Shown piece by piece: positions 11,601 to 23,600 of a stretch of 64,000 nt of DNA. A program made the translations under genes and the position numbers. Location: the IMG/VR virus record IMGVR_UViG_3300020360_000085, positions 128,001-192,000 of that record; one strand, 5' to 3'. Origin of the DNA: a virus. Its lineage: Duplodnaviria; Caudoviricetes. The notes beneath the pieces were generated by a model, which had not been told where the DNA came from, did not search any database, and saw only the letters and a program-made list of their open reading frames with translations. Position 1 is the first letter of the stretch. Each line of letters begins with the position of its first letter.

Positions 11601-14600
11601 TTCTAAATTAGGCGGGATAGCAACTATAGATGTTACTTCAAGAAGAACATGGCAGTATAACAATAGCGATAATTTTGTTATACATGGAACATTTGATAAT
11701 GATAATAATTTTTTAACAAATATAGGTTATACACAATTTATTAAAAGTTGGCTAAATTACCAAAATTTTAATATTTCAAGCGAATTTAGAGACCCATTAC
11801 TAACAGTTAATACAAAATTAAGCCACAGAATGGCAGGATTTGTTGATAGTGATACAGCAACAATTAAATCAGACCAGTATAGTACAACTGGTAATGCAAC
11901 AAGTTTAATAATACCAATAGAAAATAGAAATATTTCTATACATGATAGTGGATATAAAACAAGAAATAATTATTCAGGCATAATTATTGAAAAAATTGAA
12001 GATGGCTACAAAGTAAAAGGCTTTGATACATCACTGTCATATTTTAATATTTTAGAAAGTAATAAATTAGGTGCTTCTCAAACTGTAGAAAGAGGCGGAG
12101 TACCAGCAGATTATGTGAATTGGTCTTCTAATAAAGCATATCCTTATAATACTATCGTGCAATATTTGGGTGTTTACTATCAAGCAAAAGATGATATACT
12201 AGCAAGTGATAGTTTTATTACAACACAATGGACACGATTACCTGCTTTACCGCAAGTAAATGGTATAAGAGGAGTTTTTTATGCAGAGTCCACAGGAATT
12301 GTTAAAAGGGTAGATTATAATTCAGAATTTACTACAGCACAAGATGTATTTGACTTACTTGTAAGCATAGGCAGATATCAAGAATCTATAGGTTATGACT
12401 TTGGTGACTTTGATAGCACTATAAATGCTGTTAAAAATTGGAATTATTCTGCAGAGCAATTCCTATTTTGGGTATCAGGTGGTTGGGAAATAGGAAATAC
12501 ATTAGAATTATCCCCAGGATCATCTAAAATTAGTTTTAATAAAGACATAGAGTTTGTTTCAGAAGTAAAACGTGTAGATAAAAATCAATTTAGTATTTTA
12601 GATCAAGATGGTATTGCAATAAATCCAAAAGAATGTGAAATTATTAGAGATGGTAACAAATTTGAATTAACTCCACCTATAGGAAAACAAATTTATAACA
12701 TAACTTTATATACAAAACAGATAGAGCATGTATTAAGTTTAGATAATATAACTGAATTTAATGACACCTTATACAATGATTTGTATAATCAAAAACTTGA
12801 ACGTCTATTTATAAAAGGTAAACGTACATTAGGGTGGGAAGGAAGGTTAAGTTCAGAAGGCTTTGTGATAGATGGAGGAGAACTACAACCTAATATAGAT
12901 AATATTACCTCTACAATGGGAGATTATCATAGATTAGGATTTATTCCTGTAGATAAACAAATTTATAATGTATCGAGAGGATTAATAGGCTTCGAAAACA
13001 AACCTTACTTAACAGAATTGGGGATTGTTGATGATGACCAAGTAGAATTTTACAAAGGTATGATACAAAGTAAAGGTACTTTGGACTCAATTAGTAAAAT
13101 TTTAAATAGTAATGCTATTGTTCAAGGTAATGTTAGCATATATGATGAATGGGCTCTTAGTGCTGGGTCATTTGGAGACTTAGATAATAATCAAAGTATA
13201 GAACTAAGGTTAGAAAAACAGGAAATTGCACAAGATCCTCAATTAGTAAAATTAGAATTTCCTGAAGATATTACAGGCATTGTAAATGAAATTGTAATTA
13301 CAGAAAGAAATACAAGTTATTTTGAAGTTCCTGAAATAGAAATATCAGCACCTACAAAAGATCCTAAGAAACAAGCAAATGCAGTTGCAAGTATAAAATC
13401 CGATGGCACAATAGATACTATTACAATAACAGAACAGGGTTCAGGTTATGAAGAAGGAAATACATCATTAACCGTTTTAACATCTAATTTAAATGTTTCT
13501 AAAAATACAACTACATTTAATTATGTAAGTGCATTAAGTAGTGCAAACTTTCCTGTTGCAAATGTTACAGGCATCGCAAATATAACAATTATAGATCATT
13601 TTGCAAGTAATACGTCTGCACAAACAATAGATTTATCAGCAGTAACAGACGTTGCAAATGTTGTTACAGCAATTAACAATAACGGTGTAACTAATGCAAA
13701 TATATCAGCCACAGCAATACAAGATGGCTCTAATACTGTACAACATGTTTTACAAATAAATGGTAGTGACTTTACTTTGGGCGGGTCAGGACTAGCAAAT
13801 TTAAATATTACTGGTGCAAGATATCAGCCAAGACAACGATATGGAATAATTACAGCAAACAATACAGTAGTTTCAGACGTTGTTGTTGCTGTAGAAGATG
13901 TCAATGTACCAAGAACAGAAGGAAATGTAACTTATTGGGAGTACGATGCAGGAGACAGATTCCAATTTACAACATCAACATTAACTATTAGTGGAAGTTA
14001 CGATGTAGATATTTCATCACTAACAGGTTTATTAAATAGCAGTAGTGTACTAGCAGACGAAAACATAAATTTAGTTGAAGGACAATATTTATACATAGAT
14101 GTTTATGTAAATGGAAACAAATTAGAAAATACTCCTAGCCAATCTCAATATAGTGTACCCAATAATACTACTGTAAGAATTTCAGATGTTACAAATCTTA
14201 CTGAAGGGAATATATCCCCTAATGCAAATATTTATATTGTAGAAAAAGCAACAGTTGATTTCACAGACAGTTATCAGGGAGATGTACCAGCAAGTAATTT
14301 AACAATAAAAGTACAAAATAATGAAGGATTTAGTGTACAATTAGGCAGTAAACGTATTTTTGAAATTACCCCAGATATAAAAAATGATGAAATTATCACA
14401 ATAGATATAGACGATAATAAAAGATTTCTTAAAAAGCCTAGTGGTATAAGAACTAATCAAATATGGCCTGCTACATCTAATATTGACTATACAGGTGTTA
14501 AAGACCCTGAGTATAATAAAATACCTAACGCAGGATATGTAGATAGAAAGCAAGTAACATACCAATCCTTTGGTGTAATAGACTTACCTCAACTGTTTAG

Positions 14601-17600
14601 TAATGATAGAATATTTAAACCTAGTGCAAACAATTTAATACATGTTGCAAAAAGTGAAAATAAAGATTGGAATGTTTACAAGTTAAGAGAACCAAATGAC
14701 GAAGGAATATCGTTTATAGAACAAGAAGGAATAGACGATACAGCATACTTATATACAACTGTTGATTTATTTAATTATGTAGACAGTAATCAATTACAAC
14801 AAGCAGACTTGTCAAGATTTTTAGACTACACATTAATGGTTAAAAATGTTGAAATATCTGACAATGTTGTATTTTGGACTAACCAAGAAGTAGTAGATAA
14901 AAAATCTGCACTTATTAAAAACTTTGGTGCAATAAGTATAATACAATCAAATGTTAATACTGTTGGTGTTAGTAACACATCTCCATTCTACAATGAGTTT
15001 ACAGCATTAGCACCAGCACCAAGAAGTAAATTTGTAGGCGACATAGTAAAAGCAGACGCAAACAATGTTGTTACAATGTCAACAGAAATTAATACAATTA
15101 AAAATGGCGACCAAATCGAATTACTTGATATGGGTAATACAAATACTACTCATAATGCAACAAGTTTACAACATTTAGATACTGCTAATGCAACAAGTGG
15201 TTCAGCAGGTGCAATTTACGATAGTAAAATTACAATTACAGCAAGTAACTCTGCAAACGTATCTAAAATAGTTTCAAATTTAACAGAAGTAGAAATAGCA
15301 TTTACAGGAGCCAATGTTGGAGATTATGCGTCATCAGAAGTTACTAATTTAAGATATGTGCCTTCAAATGTTGACTATGCAAATGGTACTTTTGATATAC
15401 ATACAGATGATATAAATTTCCAAAGTTACTTTGGTAATGTTGCTAATAGTACAATTACAGGAGTTACAAATGCGATTTCAAGTGTAGCATTTACTGTGTT
15501 TGAAAAGAGTAATGTACATTTACAAACAGTAACAGCAAGTAATGTAAACTTAGGTGCAGGTACATTTACATTCTTACAAAGTAATGTTACTGCAAACGCA
15601 AGTAATATTTTAGGAAGACTTTTATCTAAAACTAAATTTACAGTAGAGCAACATAATTTCTCAACAGGAGAAATTATTAAAGTATTATCAAACAATATAA
15701 GAGGATACTATCAAGTAGAAAGTGCAGGACTAGATACATTTGTACTAAATGTTCCTTACCATGCAAATTTAAGCAGTACAGGTTATATTTTAACACCAGG
15801 CTTACACATTAAAACTTCAGAGGATCATAATATTCCAGTTGACTATAATGGTAAACGTGTAATGATACATCAGGCAGAAAATCCATATTACAACCAGGTA
15901 TATAAAGTCAGTTATGTTAAAAGTAATACAGAAATAGTTTGTGAAGATGTTTACGCCTGGAATGCCATGGAAACAGATGTAAGTCCTAGTTATACTGCAA
16001 CAGTAGACGGTGCTGTAACAAAATCCAATAAAATAAAATTAGATTTAGCAAGTGTACCAAGACAAATTGGTAGAATGATGATAGTTACTGGAACTGGCAT
16101 AACAACTAGGGTTATTGTAACAAATATAGATAATGTATTTAAAAATGGTGAATTTACAGTAGATCAAGAATTAACACTTGCTGATGGAATAACATTAACA
16201 TTTGAGAAAGAATGTGTAATGACTACATTAGATCATAATGTAGTAAAATTAAATAATACAAGTATTAGAATAGATGATATAACTTCTCCACAAGGTATAT
16301 TAGAATCTATAAACAAAACACAAACAATAAAAAGTGGAATAATTAATCAAAGAGGTAACCAGTTTGGTTTAGGTATCCCAATGTTAAGGAAACCTAACCT
16401 ACCTGATGGTACTCCTTATAGTAGTTTTGCAGGTAAATCTCCTTATGTAAGAAATGAAGACTTATCAGAAAGTTTAACAGAAGGACTTGTTAAAACAGGC
16501 CATATTAAAATTAATACAGATACTAGCAGTTATAAACCTTTCCAAAAGAATGCTGTTGTTGATAATATATCTACAAGATATGGCAATAATTTTATACCTA
16601 ACAATAATTACGGAGGAACTGGCAGTACAATAAACAACTATATAGGACAACCAAATTACTATGGGGGTTCTGGAGATGTAACACAAACAGGCAATAGAGG
16701 ACAACAATATGCAAAAAGTCCTGGTGCTGTAGTTGACATACCAGTTTTTTCTCCTGATATAGATAACACTAATCTTAACGCAGGTAAAGATACACAATCG
16801 CCTATTTTTACAGGGCAGGCTTTAGAAGACGCACCAGATAAAAGATGTGGTCCTGACGCATGTGCTACTAGAAACTTCAGAGGCAAACCATTAAATGAAG
16901 TAAAAGGTTCTGGACCAATACAATGGGGAGTTACAAACTTTGCAATAGCAAGTGCAGGAACAATTACAGTTTCTGGTTCTATTACAGGTAGTGGACATGG
17001 TAAAAGACTTTGGACTAGTGATTATTCAGGATACTATAGTCCTGCTGGACAAGTTGGTGGTACTGCAAACGGCGGTATAACAAAACGTGCAATAGCAGGT
17101 GCTAAAACTTGGTCAGATAATGGTAGCACTAAATCATTTAACTTACCTGTTAAAGTAACTGAAAGCGGCATAATTTATTTACATGCTTATCAGAGTGGTA
17201 GAGGCGGTTACAACACCTCAACAGTTAGTGTAGCAACAACAAGTGGTAATGTTACAATAGATACCACATCAGTAATAGCAAAATATATAGGTAAAGAAGG
17301 ACAAATAGATGGACCGTCTAATGGTGTAATTAGAGTGGCCATGGAAGCAGGTTCCGAAATTATGATTACAGGTACTTCCAAAGGAGGAGGTAACCATTGG
17401 CATAGTTGTGAGGTACATGTTTCAGGTGCAAGAAATGGACTTAGCAGGTTAAGTGAAAGAATAGAAAATGCAAACAATAACTCAGGAACAGGAACTCCAG
17501 CAGGTGTTGGCAGTGGTGATTTTACATTACATCATTACAGCGATGAAAAAGGTGTTAGAGAAATAGAGGAGTTTTATTTTGAAACACCAGGCTCTGGTAC

Positions 17601-20600
17601 AGCAGTAATATTATTTGAACATTATAGTGGCTATGATGCTATACAGGTATTCCAAGGTCATGATAAAGGATCTACATCAACTGTAATTGCAGAAAGTGAA
17701 GCAGGCCAATTGCGTAGATTAACTAATGATGAAAGACAAGAATTAAAAAATCAATTTGCTGTTAATAAAGGCGGCACAATGACTGGTTCTGGAAATTATG
17801 CAAATATAGATTATGATAACCATAACTTAGGGGCACCAACAAAATCAAGTCCTCATTTAGGTAACAGAAATGTTGCAGTTGCTTATGCAGGTGCATTAGA
17901 GTTTAGTATAGATTCAACACAAGGCACTCACATAATGGTAAGAGTACCTAAAAACAGTTATGTATTTGACCATATAATTAAATTACCAAATGGTACACCT
18001 CCACCAGACGATCCAGGACAAGATCCTAATCCAGTAGTTCCTTGCGGACAAAATGCATCTATACCATCAGGTCCAGGCGATACTACAACACAACCACCTG
18101 GAGGTAATACATCAGGTACAGGAGGAAGTACAGGAAATCCAAATACAGGCGGAGGTAACAACTCAGGTTCTACTACTCCAGTAAATAATCCTGGAGGTGC
18201 CAGTGGAGGTAGTGTTGCTCAAAACCATACTAACTCAAGTGCTATAATAGGAAGTAATGCAAATGGTCCATATGTGTCTCCTGCTACTCAAACTTTAGTA
18301 GCCAATAATGTTTTAAATATTACTAAAAAACAGGGTGCCTATAGTTCCTTCTCAGGAATATTTGGCCATGGCAGATCAAGTTTACAAAAAAATAATTATA
18401 ATATACAATACTTTGCACAAACTTCAGGATTTTACAGACCTCCAATGACAGGACTAGCATTTGTTCCAAGCATATTTAGAAAAACAGTTAAAACAGTAAC
18501 TCAAACAAATTATGGCGTACCTATTTCATTAGCATCGGGAAGATATGTAAATAATCAAGTACAAAAAATTAGTGGAGGTTTTGTTGTACCACTTGCTCAA
18601 AGATTAACTAGCAATATTCCATTACAAAGTAGGCCTTTAAGAAATCTAGATGCAAGAGAACTTCCTTACTATAATGCTCTAGATGCCAACAAGGCGGCTT
18701 TTGAACAAGGGGGCATGTTCCATAAATTTACTCCTAAGAAGATTAGTGGAGATTATAATTTAGGAAACGGTACATTTTTAGACATTACAGGTATGGAACT
18801 TACAGGTGCTGACATGGGATTTGGCCTAGGCGAACTGTTATACTACTCACAACCTTATAATGGTATTGGAATAGATGACGATGCTCCTGTAGACACTATG
18901 CCAGTTACACCACCAGATGATGCTTACCCAGTACAAGGTGGTACAGTAATAATGGACGATCCAGATATTAGGTATAATCCTAATATGCAAATAATACTTC
19001 AACCTAAAATCGGTAATCAAAATGGTGGACCTCCAATTACAATACCTTTGTATAAACCTAAACCAGGACATACTTTAGATTTAAGTAATTTATCAGGACT
19101 TGATCCAGAAGATACAATTACAATAAATGGAAGAACAGTAGGACCATTTAAAGGCACATCTCAAAGTGCTATCATGCATGCCATAAATTGTGTCGACTCT
19201 GTAGGATTTGAAGCATTTCCTATTGGTAGCGACCATGTTAGAATCAGCAGTTGTAATAATGTACCATTAACAATTAAGGAAGGTTGTTCAGGCGGTATAT
19301 ATAAGGAAGTATTAGATTTCCATATTAACAGGTCATTTACAGATCAAGAAGTTAGTAACACAGCAGTTATAGGTGCAACAACAAATATTTTAGATGCAAA
19401 TGGTTCTGTAGTTAATACTGCGGTATCATATCCATACTTAGATGTTGACGGTGGAATAATAGGCTATGCAAACTCAACTGCAAGTTCAGGTACAGTATTA
19501 TCTAGCAGAGTAGTTAGTACAGGTGGTAGCGGATACTCAGTAGGCGATAGATTAAGATTACTAGGCGGTACACCAATAAAAGATCCATTTACAGGTGTAG
19601 CAGAAATATGCATCAAAAATCCTGGAGCAGGATATAGTTTACCAGAAAATATTGTTGTAACAATAGGAGACGGATCAACTCCAGGTAGAAATGCAACTGT
19701 AAGTAAAGTAATATTTGACTCAAATAATGGTATAGAAAAAGTTGTATTAGCAAGTGGTGGTGAGGAATACGATGTAAATAGACCTCCAAAAGTCACAATA
19801 CAAGATTTAGGACAAATAGGACTTCCTACTACATACTCAAATGCATTAAGCAGAGGTGATGTAATAAGATGGGAAGATCATGGTATTACAGCATTAGGAA
19901 GTATTGGCTCAATTGAGGCAAATATAGTTGCAGGAGAATACTTTATAAATGATGTAGCAACAAATGAAAATGTAAGTTACTCAGCAAATTCAGATAAACT
20001 TGAAAGTAAAAAGGCATCTTTTAAAATTACAATTACAGAAACAGATGGTGTAAAATCTGCAAATGTAGATATAGTAAGTGCAGGAAATTATTGGGAAGTT
20101 GGACAAACATTTGCTATTAAGGCCAAAGAATTTAACAATGTTGAAGGAGCAGACTTTACATTTAATATTGCCGCTACATTCCCTAACATGTTGTTTTACG
20201 GACAACTTACGCAAGACTCTACAGATATAGATAAATTAGGAGATGCTCTACAATTAGGTATTATTAGTATTAAGAATGGAATATTACAACCACAACAAGC
20301 AAAACTAGAAGCAGTTTTACAAAATAGTCCATCAGCACAGATACCTAGAGTTGCAAAATTTGAAGTAACAAGTGTAGACCCTATAGGGGGCATTACAAGT
20401 GTTAAAATTTTAGACAGAGGAATATATAAAGTTTTCCCAAGTGATCTAACAAATGGTTTACCATTAGAATATGACCATGTATTACTAGGAGATGAGGCAG
20501 GATTTAATGCTGACGGTACTGTATATTCTGGAGGTTCAGGATTAGGACAATATAATCCATTAGATTTATCCTCACTATCATCTCCAGGAAATTATGATCC

Positions 20601-23600
20601 TATTAATAATAAATTATTAGGCGGTAGTGGTGCTAGAATATTTTTAACATCAAGTGAAATACCAGATTGTAGCGAACCAGGAGGCGCCAAAAAGGCATTA
20701 GGATTGCCAGATGTAATTTCAGATATAGATGCAGTAGCAGACTTGGCCTCACAAATACAAGCAGGTATTGGTGATGCTGGATATGGTCCAGATGACTTTA
20801 TAGTTGGTGTAACACCTATAAACAAAGATTTATCACAATTAGATATTACAAGTCCAAAATTCGATGGTATAGGAATAGATGAATTAACTCCAGGTACTTT
20901 AGATAAGATAGGATTACCGCCAGGCGACTATAACGTAGCATCGCTATGTATTCAAGCAATTATAGAAACGAGATTAAAAGATGATAATCCTGTAGTACTT
21001 AATAAATTAAACCAACTTGCTGATAATTTAGGTTTAGGATTAAGCACAGACGGCCCTGTAGATGTAATTAAATTACTATGTATTGACACCGTTGGAGATA
21101 ATGATGGCGATAATGGACAAGATGCTATAAGTATTTTTGGAGATGGAGATATTACATTTATTAAAGATTTATTCCAATATGAATTAAGATCATTAACTGG
21201 AGAACCAGTAAATTTATTAAATCAAACAATATCTCAAGAGGCAGATGTATTGTATATGGAAAGTGTACGTTATGGTAAAAATACAGATGTTACTACTGCA
21301 AACACAAATTATGCTACTATAGATTCAAATATAAGCACTTATGCAAATATCTGGATAGACAATTATAATGATACAGGAAAATGGGCATATCTAGAAAATG
21401 GTACAGTTATTAGAGAACAAGAAGATCTTGTAGATCCTAGATTTGTAGATAAGATAATCACATACGATAATGATAGTGGTATCAAGCAACATGATATTCA
21501 CATGTACGATCCATTTAAAGGTGTTATACCAGGATTTATTGAAAACGAAATACATTACATTGGAGAAGAAGATCCTGTAGTTTATAATTTAAGTAGGACT
21601 AACTTCTGTGAACCAGAAATGATAGGTAAAGTTTGGTGGGATACAAGTACAATTAGATATAATTGGTATGAACAAGGTAGTACTAGAGATAGATGGCTTA
21701 ATTGGGGTAGTAGTTTCCCTGGCAGTACTATTAGTTTATATGAATGGACAAAATCTAATGTACCACCACAAGAATGGACACTATCAGGTACACCAAGAAA
21801 CACATTTATTGTTAAATCTGAAATAGATCCTACATCAGGATTAGTTGTAGATTACTATTACTACTGGGTAAGAAATAAAAAAGTTTTATTAGATTTTGTT
21901 AAAGACATTCAAAACAGGAAATATTCTACATTTACTTTAGCAACTTATCTTGCTGAACCTTTAAATTATGGTATTAACATGATTAGTTTTGTAGATAATA
22001 AATCGTTTGTTTTACATAATATTGCACAAATTTTAAATGACAACAACGATAACTTGCAAATTAATTTTAGTAGGAATAAAAATCCAAATGGTAAAAAACA
22101 TGACTCTTGGCTACTTGCCAGAAAAGGAGATAATAACAGTTTAATACCTCAAGATTTATCAGATAAGATTATAGACAGTTTATGTGGATATGATGCCTTA
22201 GGCGAGTCAGTACCTGATTCAAAATTAAGCGAAGTACAAAAGTATGGATCATCTTTTAGACCTAGACAAACAATGTTTAAAAATGTTAAAGGTGCAAGAC
22301 GTGAAGCAATAGATTATATAAATGGTTTATTTAAAACAATTAAAATGAATACTGAATTTAATAATTGGAATGAAACATTGTCAACAAGTTCAAACTATTA
22401 CGAATATAAAAATTGGTATGCTGTTAAACGTATTAATCCAACAACAAAACTTTACGAATATTATGATGAAACTTACAAGCCTGTGTACAGAATAAACAGT
22501 ACCACAGACTTTAAATCTTTAAAAGATTTAAGAGATGGCTCAGTAGTCCAAGTAAAAGGTAGTGATTCAGAAACTAGTAAAATTTACATATATGATGGTA
22601 ATACTGATACTTTTAAACTTATTAGTATAGAAAATGAAATAATACAGATAAAAGATTCAGCATTTACAGATAATACAAATACAATGCTTGATACTGAATT
22701 AAGAAGTATTTTAAATATTATTAAAAATGATTCATTTAATGATTATTCGCATTGGAATAAATTATTCTTCCGATTACTAGAATATGCATATGGAGAACAA
22801 AGCGGATTAGATTGGGCATTCAAAACAAGTTATGTTTATGTAGAAAAAGAAGAAACAGATCTAATAAAATTTAAAGGATTTAAACCAGATAATTTTGATA
22901 AAGTTTTAGAATACATGAACGAGGCAAAACCTTTTACAAGTAAAATTAGAGAATATAAAGATGGTAAGCAAACGCCTATTGAGTACATAAAAGATCAAAT
23001 GATTAGTGATTTTGATAAACCGCCTTATGCAGATTTAGTAACAGGTACAGTAAGAATTTTAGACGATAATACTGCCTCAGACCAGCAAATAATGTCTAAT
23101 AGCAATATGCATAAGCAGTATTATAGTATTTCTAATAAAAGTGAATCACCTATAAGACAAGGTAAAACAACATTAGCATTTGATAGAACAAACTGGCAAC
23201 CTACACAATTTGAATGGAATCCTAATAATGAATCTGCAAATTCTAGTATAGCAACTAATATTGCATGGTTAAAATCAGGCAGTAATATAGATGTTGCAAG
23301 TGCAGGAAATGTTAGGGCAATAGATAAAATTATTAAATTTAATCCTACAAATATAACAACATTTACAAACGAAATGGAAACATACTTGTCAGGACAAGGT
23401 TACACATCTGGGTCTGGATCTAATGTAACATTAATTAGTAATGCAACTATATTATTAAGTGCCATAGAAGCAGGTGGCTTAGACAAAACCTTAAACGATG
23501 CCAGAAATAAAGTAGGTGGTAATTTTATTGGTGACGTATTAGACGCAAATGTGTTTACTAAAGTAGTTGAGGGATATGATCCATCACTAGATTACCAGTC

